From: Longimicrobiales bacterium
GTDB taxonomy: Bacteria; Gemmatimonadota; Gemmatimonadetes; Longimicrobiales; Gaopeijiaceae
NCBI GenBank assembly: GCA_041690395.1
Contig: JAWLHJ010000003.1
Location: forward strand, 352,001-416,000
Reading direction: 5' to 3'
DNA length: 64,000 nucleotides
Shown: piece after piece, positions 19,781 through 29,619 of the stretch
Layout: the number at the start of each line of letters is the position of its first letter
Position numbering within the stretch: position 1 is the stretch's first letter
Notes under the pieces: generated by a model
What the model was told of the DNA's origin: nothing
What the model saw: the letters and a program-made list of their open reading frames with translations, nothing else
Databases searched by the model: none
Position numbers and translations under genes: made by a program

Positions 19781-21995
19781 GGCCCCCTTCGTCGTCGCTA
19801 TCGCATGCGCGGCGCTGGTCGCCGCCCCCGCTCCCGTGTCTGCGCAGGATGGTCCGCGCTTCTCGACCGAGTTCGCGCTCGACGTGCGCTCGCCCCAGAT
19901 CGAAGACGTCACCGACGACGGGAGGCTGGCCGCGATCGTCGTCCGCACCCGCCGGGGTCGCGTGGACGTGGACCACGAGCGCTTCGGCGACCCGACGTAC
20001 GTCGCGCCGAGTCTCGTCACGGCGTTCGTGCTCGACACGCGCTCCGGGGAGCGGACGTGGCTCCACGAGAGCCCGGCCCAGTTGGGGGAGTTCACGTGGT
20101 CACCGGACGGGACCCGGCTCGCGTACCTCCACTACGACGGCGACGTGCATCGCCTGCGCGTGTACGACGCGGGTTCAGGCTCCGCTCGCGAGGTCGAGCT
20201 CGACACCGATCTCCCCGTCGCGTCGTCGTCCCCGTTGGTCTGGTCCCCGGACGGGAGCCAGCTGCTCATGGCCGTGCGCCCCGCCGGATGGGCGGAGCGG
20301 GCGCGCAACGCATTCTACTCCATGACCGAGGCGCCGGTCATCGTCCAGGACTCACGCAACGACTTCCTCGCGTGGGACCGGGTGCGGAACATGGCCGACG
20401 AACAGACCACGGTGCTCGTCTCGGTCGCGGACGGCTCGGTGCGCGAGCTGCTCGGAGAGGTGGTCCCGCAAGACCCGGCGTTCTCGCCCGACGGGGCGCG
20501 CCTGACGTACAGCACCGCCGTGGACACGAAGACGTCGTACACCCGCAGGGACGGCGCCGACTACGCCCTGTACACGATGGATCTCGAGAGTGGCGAAGCC
20601 GCGGAGCTCGTGGCCCCGTCCGAGGACCGCATCCAGGTCGAGTGGAACGACGCGCGGGATGCGTACGCCTTCGTGGAAGAGGGCGCGGTCATGGTCCGGC
20701 GTCTCGGGGAGGACGAGCCCATCGACGTCACCGAGGGACATCGGGACCAACCCGGGGACACCACCGACCTCGACTACGGGCTGGAGCGGTGGAGCCCGGA
20801 CGGCGGGCGCCTCCTCCTGACCGATTCGACGGGATGGCACCTGCTGGACCTGCAGTCCGATGAGCTCCGGACCGTGCTTCCGCTGGAGGAGGACGAAGAC
20901 ACCCGGCCCCGCCGGAGCGTCGAGCAGTGGTCCGACGACGGGCGCTTCCTCTACTTCACGTACTCCGCGCGGGACAGGTGGGAACGTGGCCTGAAGCGCC
21001 TCGACCTCGAGAGCGGCGCCGTGGACGACCTCGTGCTCGACGACGGCGTCTACGGAGACTGGCACGTGAGCGACGACGGGGGCACCGCCGTGTACACGCG
21101 CTCCGACGGTGATCGGCCCGACGAGGTCTGGACGCTCGCCGCCGGATCCGCCCCGACCCGCCTGACCGACCTCAACCCCCAGCTCGAGGACGTGCCCCTC
21201 GCCCGCACCGAGCTCGTCGAATACCTCGACGTCGACGGCAACACGCTCTACGGCATCCTCTACTACCCGATCGGCTACGAGCCGGGACGCTCTTATCCGC
21301 TGGTCGCGGAGATCTACGAGGAGTACTTCGACAACGGGTTCAACGAGAACATGAACCTCGTCACGGCCCGGGGATGGTTCGGTTTCCGGCCATCGGTCCG
21401 GTTCGAGGAGGGATACCCGGGCGAAGCGTGGCTCAAAGCGGTTCCGAACGCCGTGAACGCGCTCATCGAGCGGGCGCTCGTGGATCCGGACCGGGTCGGC
21501 GTCTACGGTCAGAGCTACGGCGGCTACGCCGTGAACCTGCTCATCACCCAGACCGACCGCTTCGCTGCGGCCGCGAACGTCTCCGGCAAGGTGAACATCA
21601 TCTCCTTCCTCGGTGATTCGCCGAAGATCACCACGCGGAACTACGCCGCCGCCGAGGTGGGCCAGGACCGCATCGGCGCGACGCTCTGGGAGCAGCCCCA
21701 CAAGTACATCGCGACCTCGGCGGTCATGTTCGCCGACCGCATCGAGACCCCGCTCCTCATGCTGTCCGGCGAGGGCGACTGGAACGTGCCCGCCACGAAC
21801 CAGCGCGAGATGTACAACGCGCTCCGGCGGCTCGGAAAAGAGGTGGTCTGGGTGCACTACACCGCGGGCGGGCACGGCGCCGGGCGCGCCAGCACGGTGG
21901 CCGACTTCCACGACCACTGGCGGCGGATGCTCGACTGGTTCGGCGAGCACCTGGAGGAAGCGGAGGGCGGAAGCACCGACGGTTCCAGCCAGTAG
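19767..21995 (+). CDS. S9 family (prolyl oligopeptidase-like) peptidase, secreted
   Basis: Signal peptide, beta-propeller repeats ('WSPDG'), nucleophile 'GQSYGG', Asp 'GDWNV' and His 'GGHG'. Confidence 0.92.
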   Translation: MSFRKAPFVVAIACAALVAAPAPVSAQDGPRFSTEFALDVRSPQIEDVTDDGRLAAIVVRTRRGRVDVDHERFGDPTYVAPSLVTAFVLDTRSGERTWLHESPAQLGEFTWSPDGTRLAYLHYDGDVHRLRVYDAGSGSAREVELDTDLPVASSSPLVWSPDGSQLLMAVRPAGWAERARNAFYSMTEAPVIVQDSRNDFLAWDRVRNMADEQTTVLVSVADGSVRELLGEVVPQDPAFSPDGARLTYSTAVDTKTSYTRRDGADYALYTMDLESGEAAELVAPSEDRIQVEWNDARDAYAFVEEGAVMVRRLGEDEPIDVTEGHRDQPGDTTDLDYGLERWSPDGGRLLLTDSTGWHLLDLQSDELRTVLPLEEDEDTRPRRSVEQWSDDGRFLYFTYSARDRWERGLKRLDLESGAVDDLVLDDGVYGDWHVSDDGGTAVYTRSDGDRPDEVWTLAAGSAPTRLTDLNPQLEDVPLARTELVEYLDVDGNTLYGILYYPIGYEPGRSYPLVAEIYEEYFDNGFNENMNLVTARGWFGFRPSVRFEEGYPGEAWLKAVPNAVNALIERALVDPDRVGVYGQSYGGYAVNLLITQTDRFAAAANVSGKVNIISFLGDSPKITTRNYAAAEVGQDRIGATLWEQPHKYIATSAVMFADRIETPLLMLSGEGDWNVPATNQREMYNALRRLGKEVVWVHYTAGGHGAGRASTVADFHDHWRRMLDWFGEHLEEAEGGSTDGSSQ

Positions 21996-22079
21996 AACGT
22001 GGTGGCGCGACACCGCGACACCCGTCGCAATGGAGAACCAGAATCGTCCCCATACGCGGCCATTTCGGCCCGGTGGGCG

Positions 22080-22095
22080 GGGCACGCATCGTGCA
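22080..22095 (+). promoter_or_regulatory. sigma-54 -24/-12-like promoter
   Basis: GGGCACGCATCGTGCA upstream of the flippase. GCGACA/GTCGCA half-sites lie at about 22005-22030. Confidence 0.55.
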
Positions 22096-22301
22096 TTTTG
22101 AGGGCTCACCAGAGCACGCCCCGCGTTCGAGACGTCGAGGCGACGCCCCTCCTCACTCCCGATCTTCAACTGGAACTCGATGCCCTGGAAGGGAGCCGGT
22201 CCCGAGATACGGCGATCACTCGCGCGCGGATGGTCCCACCTGTTGCCCGGCGTGGCTAGTACCTCGTGCATTGTCCGGGCTCTGGCCAACCGTGGTCACA
22301 T

Positions 22302-23858
22302 GTGACCGACCAACCGGGAGTCGCCCAACTAGCAGCCAAGGAATCGTCCGACCGTGTGACCCGAAAGCAGATTCGGGGATCGGGGCTCCTCCTGTCGGGC
22401 CGTGGCGTGGGACAAGGCCTCAAGTTCCTCGCCGAGCTCATGGTGGTCCGCTACCTGAGCACCGAGGGGTACGGAGCGTGGACGTACGCTCTGGCCGCGG
22501 TCACCTTCCTGCGCGGCATGTCCGCCCTCGGTCTCAACCGGGCGCTCAGTCGATACCTCCCCCTGCACCTCGAGCGCGGGGAGTTCCAACAGTTCTATGG
22601 GGTCCTGGTGTTCGTGTTCGGCGCGCTGGTCGCGGCCGGTACGATCGTGGTGGCGGGCTTCTACGCGCTGCCGGAAGAGGTGGCCGCCCTGGCGGGGGTC
22701 TCCTCCGAGCAAGCCCTGGCGCTCCTGTTCATCGTGATCTTCCTGGTACCGGTCGAGATCATCGACATCGGGCTCACCGGCGTGAGCGCGGCGTTCGGCG
22801 ATTCCCGGACGATCTTCGTGCGACGATTCCTCCTCCACCCCGGCCTGCGGATCGCCGTTGCGGGGACCCTGGTCCTCATGAAGGCCGATATCACGCTGCT
22901 CGCATACGGCTACCTGTTCTCGGGCGTGGTGGGAATCGCCTACTACGGGTGGGCCGTGGCCGTCCAGATGCGGGACCGCGGCCTCCTCGATCGTGGTCTC
23001 TTGCGCGGCTTGCGACTACCGGTGCGCAAGGTCCTTTCCTATACGACGCCCGTCATGGCCTCGGACTGGTGCTCCATCTTCATGCTTACGGCAGGTCCCT
23101 TGCTCCTCGGCTACTTCACCGACATGAGCACCGTGGCTCTCTACCAAGTCGTGGTTCCGGTGGCTGCCTTGAACACCCTGGTGGCGCAGAGCTTCACCAT
23201 GCTGTTCGAGCCGTCGGCTTCGCGCCTCCACGCAAGAGGCGATGCGACCGGTCTGAACGATCACTACTGGCGCACGGCGGTCTGGGTGGCGGTGCTCACT
23301 TTCCCGCTGTTCGCGCTGTCGTTTACGGCGTCTATTCCCCTGACGGTCTTGTTGTTCGGGGAGCGCTACGCCGCGGCCGGACCGATCCTCACATTGCTCG
23401 CGTCGGGCCACTTCATCGGTTCGATGGCGGGATTCAATTCCGAGGCGTTGCGCGTGACCGGAAGCCTGCGGTGGCTCATCGCGGTGAACGCCCTTGGAGC
23501 TGCGACCACGGTCGGCTTGAGCGTGCTGCTCATCCCCGGCATGGGTGCCATGGGGGCCGCCATCGGATTCGCGGCAGGACATTTCCTCTACGCGGTACTC
23601 AAGCAGGTCGCCGTCCAGAGGGCCACGGGCGTCAAAGCCTTCGATCTCACCTACAAGGGACCATACATCACCATGGCGGTCGTCGCGCTGCTCTTGCTCG
23701 TGACGAGGTTGACCTGGCCTGCCGAGCCGTGGATCCTGGTGCCGGCCGCGGTTGTCGGGTCGCTCGTTGTGTACTTCAGCGCGCGCGCGAGCTTGTCGGT
23801 GCTGGACACCTTCCCGGAGCTGGGAAGGTCCAAGCTGATGCGAACCATCTTCGGCTGA
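22302..23858 (+). CDS. wzx: Wzx-type polysaccharide flippase
   Basis: Multi-TM MOP-type protein ('RYLSTEGYGAW', 'LLFGERYAAAGPIL.LL') in an EPS context. Start uncertain (22266 or 22302). Confidence 0.85.
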   Translation: MTDQPGVAQLAAKESSDRVTRKQIRGSGLLLSGRGVGQGLKFLAELMVVRYLSTEGYGAWTYALAAVTFLRGMSALGLNRALSRYLPLHLERGEFQQFYGVLVFVFGALVAAGTIVVAGFYALPEEVAALAGVSSEQALALLFIVIFLVPVEIIDIGLTGVSAAFGDSRTIFVRRFLLHPGLRIAVAGTLVLMKADITLLAYGYLFSGVVGIAYYGWAVAVQMRDRGLLDRGLLRGLRLPVRKVLSYTTPVMASDWCSIFMLTAGPLLLGYFTDMSTVALYQVVVPVAALNTLVAQSFTMLFEPSASRLHARGDATGLNDHYWRTAVWVAVLTFPLFALSFTASIPLTVLLFGERYAAAGPILTLLASGHFIGSMAGFNSEALRVTGSLRWLIAVNALGAATTVGLSVLLIPGMGAMGAAIGFAAGHFLYAVLKQVAVQRATGVKAFDLTYKGPYITMAVVALLLLVTRLTWPAEPWILVPAAVVGSLVVYFSARASLSVLDTFPELGRSKLMRTIFG

Positions 23859-24078
23859 GCGGCTTGCTCCTCGTCCGGTTGCATCGGTGTTCGGTAACCG
23901 CGGCGCACCGTCCGAACCGTCGTACGAATCGAACAGTCGTCCCATCAGGGGCACCGCCCGCACTGAACTGCCTAGCGCTCGTGGAAGCCTCGCCGTCGGG
24001 GCGAAAACCGAGGCGCAACAAGGCCGGAGCGAAGCCGCCCGGGTCACCGTGGAGGGGCCGCCTCCGGCACGAGATGGT

Positions 24079-24094
24079 AGGCACGAGGCTTGCG
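24079..24094 (+). promoter_or_regulatory. sigma-54 -24/-12-like promoter
   Basis: AGGCACGAGGCTTGCG, about 60 nt upstream of the GT2 start. Confidence 0.65.
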
Positions 24095-24152
24095 CCCTGC
24101 AGGGTCATTGTCGGCGATCTCCGCCGCTCGGTATCGTTCGAACGGGAGTAAC

Positions 24153-24980
24153 GTGTTGACGGAAGAAAATGACGTGCGACGACCCGACGTCTCCGTGATC
24201 GTACCGGTGAACGCTCAGGGCGATCTCGGGAACGTACGCACCCTACTCGCGGACGTGGGAAAGTACGAAGGCCCCCTGATCGTCGAGACGATCCTCGTCG
24301 TCAACAACTTCCCGGAAGGCGAGATCCCCAGCGAAGCTGATGATCTCGCAGAACTCGCGACGACCGTATTGACCATCCCTGACGTCCGCAAGCCGGGCGA
24401 GGCCGTCGGGTTTTCGGCTCGCATTCCGGGCATCCGGGCGGCATCCTCGCAGTGCTGCGTGCTCTTCGACGCCGACTGTCGGATTCCCGACCCGACCGCG
24501 CTTCTGGACTGGTATCACGAGCAGTTTCAGCGCGGCGCTGATGCCGCCTACACCCATGTGGCCTACCACGACTACGACGACGCGCTGTCCGTACGTGTGT
24601 ACTTCGCCGTGCACCACACCGCTCGATGGGTGAAGCGTCGGCTGCTCGGCATCCCTACGACCCGGGGAAGCAACTACACCGTCCGACGGGACGTTTTGCT
24701 CGAGCTCTACGACCAGGGCCTCCTGGCCGATGAGATGAACGTGGGCCCCACGATGAAGCGCTTGAAGGGCCCGGTCGTCTACGGATCCGACGAGGAGCTG
24801 ACCGTCTATACCTCAGGAAGAATGTTTTCGCCGGGATGGCGAAACTTCATTCCTTACTTCTTCTATAGGTTGCGCTACAACCTGCGGGTCCTCCCTGTGC
24901 GGCCCAACGTGGCCAGCGTGACCGGTCGTGAGAACGACCCGGTCAGGCGGTACGAAGACAATGCGCCGATCAGGGACTAA
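24153..24980 (+). CDS. Glycosyltransferase family 2 (GT-A)
   Basis: 'VSVIVPVN' and DxD 'LFDADC'. GGAG RBS before GTG 24153 / TTG 24156. Confidence 0.8.
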   Translation: MLTEENDVRRPDVSVIVPVNAQGDLGNVRTLLADVGKYEGPLIVETILVVNNFPEGEIPSEADDLAELATTVLTIPDVRKPGEAVGFSARIPGIRAASSQCCVLFDADCRIPDPTALLDWYHEQFQRGADAAYTHVAYHDYDDALSVRVYFAVHHTARWVKRRLLGIPTTRGSNYTVRRDVLLELYDQGLLADEMNVGPTMKRLKGPVVYGSDEELTVYTSGRMFSPGWRNFIPYFFYRLRYNLRVLPVRPNVASVTGRENDPVRRYEDNAPIRD

Positions 24981-25235
24981 CCCTGACGTCGCGCTCGGTT
25001 GACCTGCTCTCTGTGCTTCCTGGCTTCCGCCAGCTTCTCCTTCCGCTCCTGGATCCTGGCCGCGGGATCGCCCTCCCAGTACTCCGCAGGCGGAAGGTAG
25101 CCCAGCGCCGAGTGCCTGCGCCTCGGGTTGAACCAGCCCTCGATGTAGCGGAACACGGCCATGCGCGCCTCGGCGTGGCTCCTGAAGATACGCCGGTCTC
25201 ACTCATGAGGTGTCCACCGAACCGGGTCAACTCCA
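24977..25235 (-). mobile_element. IS3-family remnant: one terminal IR plus the C-terminus of the OrfB integrase
   Basis: Minus strand TGGAGTTGACCCGGTTCGGTGGACAC (25235-25210), then 'DRRIFRSHAEARMAVFRYIEGWFNPRRRHSALGYLPP'. Confidence 0.85.
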
Positions 25236-25385
25236 GTTATAGAAAAGCGGCTCGGGCCATGAGGATCTCATCTCATCACTCGGTGTGAACGCTCACGAAC
25301 ACGCGGAGGAAGAGAAATGGCCCCATGACCCGAAACCGCCGGCCCACCCACGAACCAACTCAGGACAGCTGAACGACCCCCAGGC

Positions 25386-26987
25386 TTAGCGGTGGGTCCA
25401 GCTCGTGTAACCCACGGTACGTCCCGCCCCCGCCACACCATTCATCGGGAACGACTCCCCGTAGGCGTTGTTCACCAGCTGCACCACGTCCCGGGCACGA
25501 TCGCCGTCGAACCAGCGGACGTCGCCCGTTTCCGTGCGCAGGTGCATGAGGTACTCGTGCGTGCGGAGCACCGCGCGGTCCGCGACCTCGAACGCAGGGT
25601 ATCCGGCATTCTCCAGAATGACCGCGGCGGGCACCAAGCCCTCGAGTCCGACCCAGGCATACTGCGTGTACCCCGGTTCCCACTGGTACAGTCCCCCACG
25701 CCGCATGTCACCGACCAACGCCCCGTCGATCCTCCGCACACTGCCGGCGCCGACGCGGCCTGAAGGAACACGCTTGGTGGCTCCGGCCGGATTCACGGCG
25801 CATGGATTCTGGTCGTCGTGCGTCCACCCGTCTCTCACGGGGGGAACGAGATAGATGTTCTCGCGGTCCGGCGCTCCGGGATCGCACACGAAGGTACGAT
25901 ATGCGTCCCATCCCCGCTCCATCGCCCAGTCGTCCTGCAGATAGCCCGCCACAGCCACGTACGCGAAACCCTCCTGAGCGGCCGCGTTGGCGGACGAGTG
26001 GAAGGGACCGAAAGGCCGAAGCTGACTGAGGTTGTTGTTGTCGCTGAGTCGTAGGGTCAGCCATTCGGTGGCCCACTCCTCGAAGCGGGTCCCGGCGCTG
26101 TTCGGGTCACCGTCGGCACGAAGGTCGAGCATGTCGGCTGCGATCATGTACGCTGCCAGGTTCCGACCCACGGCCAGCCAACGTCCGCCCCGCTCGGTGC
26201 CGATGGCGTCGAGCAAGCCTTGCCGCGCCTTCGCGCAGTACTGACCGGTGCGTACGCAGACCAGAGCAGCGGCCATGGTGTAGACGTCGTGGCTCGAGTC
26301 CTGGTCTGCGATATTCGCCGTTCCCGCGTCCCTGCCGGCGTCGCGCAGGAGCCTGTCCCATGCCGCACCCGAGGTGGGCAGGGCCATGATCTCATCCCTG
26401 TCGATCCAGATACCTCGGCTCGGGGATATGTCGTCCCACGAACCCTCCGGTACGTCCGCGTCCACACTGGTGGTACGGCCGACCGCGATATTGGAGTAGT
26501 TGGCGTCGGCCCAGGCAGTGCCTTCGATCCGATACGACATCATCAGGAACTCGTAGTCCGTGTCGGGATCGAGCCCCTCGACGGTGCACGACACGGTCGC
26601 GCCGACTCCCCCGAGCTCAGCGACCGGGTCACAACCAACGGAAGCCTCGCGCCATACGATGGAGGGCCGCGAGTACTTCACGCGGTAACGCGCCGGGTCC
26701 CCGGTGCCATCGTCGATATGCGTCCACGTGAGCTCAATGGACGACTCGTCCGCACGGGACACGGCCAGGTCGGGCACGCCCCCGGGCGTCGGGTACGCGG
26801 CCTCGACCGGAACGACGTCAGTCGGTTCGACGGTGACGGCCGTCGGTGAAGCGTCACCACAGGCCGTAAGAGGGGCCAGAAGGACCATCAGTGGAGCGAG
26901 CACGTTTCTCCCAAGTCCGGGAAGTCGCTCCAACATACCCTTCGACGCTACGGTTGTCCCACTGCGATCAGCAGCCATACCAGGCAT
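25386..26987 (-). CDS. Putative lipoprotein: fibronectin type III domain plus a helical (alginate-lyase-like?) domain
   Basis: Lipobox 'LTAC', Fn3 'IELTW...YRVKY...GLDPDTDYEF', and an aromatic-rich helical C-domain. The lyase-like call is tentative. Confidence 0.6.
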   Translation of the reverse strand: MPGMAADRSGTTVASKGMLERLPGLGRNVLAPLMVLLAPLTACGDASPTAVTVEPTDVVPVEAAYPTPGGVPDLAVSRADESSIELTWTHIDDGTGDPARYRVKYSRPSIVWREASVGCDPVAELGGVGATVSCTVEGLDPDTDYEFLMMSYRIEGTAWADANYSNIAVGRTTSVDADVPEGSWDDISPSRGIWIDRDEIMALPTSGAAWDRLLRDAGRDAGTANIADQDSSHDVYTMAAALVCVRTGQYCAKARQGLLDAIGTERGGRWLAVGRNLAAYMIAADMLDLRADGDPNSAGTRFEEWATEWLTLRLSDNNNLSQLRPFGPFHSSANAAAQEGFAYVAVAGYLQDDWAMERGWDAYRTFVCDPGAPDRENIYLVPPVRDGWTHDDQNPCAVNPAGATKRVPSGRVGAGSVRRIDGALVGDMRRGGLYQWEPGYTQYAWVGLEGLVPAAVILENAGYPAFEVADRAVLRTHEYLMHLRTETGDVRWFDGDRARDVVQLVNNAYGESFPMNGVAGAGRTVGYTSWTHR

Positions 26988-27538
26988 CCTCTGCTCTCAG
27001 GTGTTCGGTTCCGTGAGGTTTCGGCGGGGCGGTGGAATGCCTGTGGATCGCCGTTGGAAGACCCGGCCAGACGTCGCACCATGTTTCCGGTGTCGAGCGC
27101 TGGCGGTCCGGCTGGCGTGATGACCGTCGCGTGACGGCCACGGTAGCCCCGTGACTCTGCGCCACCGTCTTTCAACGGCTTTGCTCTTGGCAGCGTCGTG
27201 CGAAGGCAAGCTCAAGTTGTCGACCCAACGCGTCAAGTGTCGCGCCGACGATACAGGCTCCCCGCCCCAGCCCACTGTTGGAAGCATGAATCGGGCCACT
27301 TTCGCCGCGTCGGCACAACATGTCGCTCCAATAATGTTGCACCCACACGGCAATTCGTAGCTTAGGGGCGAAGTCGAATGGGCCTCACGAGGAACCGCTG
27401 ACGGGATCGATGACCGTTCGTTTTGCGAACAGTCTATGACGCGGGCGATCGACACCGAGGGGGCTGTGGTGGGTGGTGCCTGCGCGGCATGTGAGCATTT
27501 GCGCGGCTCCGAGGGGGGCACGATGCCTACTGTTGCCG

Positions 27539-27554
27539 TGGCGCGCCTCTTGCC
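27539..27554 (+). promoter_or_regulatory. sigma-54 -24/-12-like promoter
   Basis: TGGCGCGCCTCTTGCC, about 70 nt upstream of GTG 27622. Confidence 0.62.
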
Positions 27555-27621
27555 CCTTCAGCTAGACAGACCATCGATCCGGCCGGCAAGACGACCTTCA
27601 CCACACGGAGGAGGCACCTCA

Positions 27622-28326
27622 GTGGAACTACATCTGGATCACCTGAAGCGCTATGGCGTGCGGGCGTGGTTCCTTAGAGGCGCCTGCGGCGTGGCCCATC
27701 GTGCAGTCGGGTTCAAAGCGCTTCGAGGCATGACGCTCGAGCCGGACGACATGGACCCGACCTACCTCGGCGACGCCCCGCCCTTCACGCACAGGGTATG
27801 CGGTGCCGCGGACTTCTCGAGGTTGGACGACGCTCCCAAGCTGGCGTCGGACGAGTTCTACGAGGGCGCGATCGGACGGGGTGACCGTTGCCACTACATG
27901 GCGGACGGGGACCGAGTGGCGAGCTACGGCTGGTACGCCACGGCTCCGGTGCCGGCCTTCGAGGACACGTGGATCCACTTCTCGCCCGAGTACGTCTACA
28001 TGTACAAGGGGTTCACGTCTCCCGAGTACAGAGGGAAGCAGTTACACGCATACGGGATGGCGCACGCGGCGGCGGAAGCACGGACCCTTGGATACCGGGG
28101 TCTCATCAGCTATGTGGAAGTGCAGAACGAGGGGTCGCTGCGCTCTGTCGCGCGGCTGGGCTACCGGTCGTTCGGTACCTGCATCTGCCTGCGCGCCTTC
28201 GGGCGAACGCTGACTTTCAGCTCGCCGGGATGCCGTCCCTACGGCTTCGAGCTTTCGGTATCGCCGGAGCAGACCGCCAGGGCGAGGACAGTACCCTCAG
28301 CGGCCTCGGCTCATCTCGCCGAGTAG
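27622..28326 (+). CDS. GNAT family acyltransferase
   Basis: Motif A 'FTSPEYRGKQL' and 'N.GSLR...RLGY'. GGAGGAGG RBS. Confidence 0.8.
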   Translation: MELHLDHLKRYGVRAWFLRGACGVAHRAVGFKALRGMTLEPDDMDPTYLGDAPPFTHRVCGAADFSRLDDAPKLASDEFYEGAIGRGDRCHYMADGDRVASYGWYATAPVPAFEDTWIHFSPEYVYMYKGFTSPEYRGKQLHAYGMAHAAAEARTLGYRGLISYVEVQNEGSLRSVARLGYRSFGTCICLRAFGRTLTFSSPGCRPYGFELSVSPEQTARARTVPSAASAHLAE

Positions 28327-29619
28327 CTTGCGCGCACCCTGGAGGATGTCGAACTCGGCCTCCACCTTCGCTCGCCCCGCGCGGCCGAAGGCCCGCCGCA
28401 ACTCGGGTTCCCCCACGAATCGCTCCAAGCGGTCGGCGAGTGCCTCCGGATCTCCGGACGGCACGAGATAGCCCGTACCCCCGTCGTCCACCAGCTCGGG
28501 GATACCGCTGAGCGCGCTCGCCACGACGGGTAGCTCGCTCATCATCGCCTCCATCAAAGCCACCGGAATCCCTTCGCGTCTTCCTGACCGCGTGGGGTGG
28601 CTGGCGAGCACGAACACGTCCGCGTCGGCCAGGAGGCGCCCGACGACCGGTCGTGGGACGGCCCCATGAAGGGTCACCCGCCCGCTGAGACCGAGCTCCT
28701 CGACGAGCCCCTCGACGTCGGACCGGAGGGCTCCGTCCCCGACGAGATCGAGATGGACGTCGACGCCCCGCCCGGCGAGTAGGTGGCAGGCGCGGACGAG
28801 GAAGCGATGCCCTTTGACCTCCTCGAGCGAAGCCACGCAGACGACGCGTAGCCTGCGGTCCCCGTCCCCGGTGCTACCGTCCCCCTTCCCCGCGGGCGCG
28901 CTGCCCCCCCGCCGCGCGAAGGCCGACGAGTCCGTTCCGCAGTGGATGACCACGACCCTGTGGCCCCGGTGCTCTCCACACTCCCTCGCGATCAGCTCTG
29001 CGTTATAGGCGGACACTGCGACGACGAACGACGCCGACGCCACCTTCGAGGGGAGCATGGTGCGATCGACGTGCAGGTCGGAGCCGTGCGCGGTGAAGCT
29101 GTAGGGAATGTCGCTCAGCCGGTTCACGATGAGCGCGGCCAACGCCGGGTGACTCGCGAAGTGCGCGTGGACGTGCTCCACGCCCAGCGCCTCCATGCGC
29201 TCGGCGAAAGCCACGCACTTGGGGAAGTAGACCACCGCACCGGCGCAGAACTTCGGGCTTCCGAGCGTGCCGGACACCATCTCCCACCACGTGCGGAAGT
29301 ACCGAGACGGAGCTCCGAACATTCGCTTCGCGTTCGCCCGCACGATCTCCCACGACAGGAAGGGCGTGAAGTGGGCCCTCTCCTCGTAGGCGGCGGCCTC
29401 GGCATGGCGTGGCCCGGGCGGCTCGTGGAGCAGCGGAAACACCTCGACCCGGGCACCCAGCTCCTCGAGCGCCTTCATCTCGTAGAGGACGAACGTTTCC
29501 GTGATCTTCGGGAAGCGGGACATGATATACGCCACCCGTAGCCCCTGCGAGGCCGGAGCGGTGGCCCTATCGGTCGCGGCGGACGTGGCGGACGTGGCGG
29601 ACGTGTCGCGCAGGGTCAC
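28297..29619 (-). CDS. Glycosyltransferase family 4 (WcaL-like)
   Basis: 'RFPKITETF', 'HVHAHFA', 'FTAHGSD' and 'EGIPVALMEAM'. Confidence 0.92.
   Translation of the reverse strand: MTLRDTSATSATSAATDRATAPASQGLRVAYIMSRFPKITETFVLYEMKALEELGARVEVFPLLHEPPGPRHAEAAAYEERAHFTPFLSWEIVRANAKRMFGAPSRYFRTWWEMVSGTLGSPKFCAGAVVYFPKCVAFAERMEALGVEHVHAHFASHPALAALIVNRLSDIPYSFTAHGSDLHVDRTMLPSKVASASFVVAVSAYNAELIARECGEHRGHRVVVIHCGTDSSAFARRGGSAPAGKGDGSTGDGDRRLRVVCVASLEEVKGHRFLVRACHLLAGRGVDVHLDLVGDGALRSDVEGLVEELGLSGRVTLHGAVPRPVVGRLLADADVFVLASHPTRSGRREGIPVALMEAMMSELPVVASALSGIPELVDDGGTGYLVPSGDPEALADRLERFVGEPELRRAFGRAGRAKVEAEFDILQGARKLLGEMSRGR

Noticed and set aside
22073..24151. 692-aa alternative-frame ORF over the flippase
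   Set aside because: Low-complexity Arg/Gly-rich translation. The flippase frame explains the region.
29578..29606. 9-bp tandem repeat (GCGGACGTG x3)
   Set aside because: It is an in-frame Thr-Ser-Ala linker at the GT4 N-terminus, not a CRISPR or regulatory repeat.
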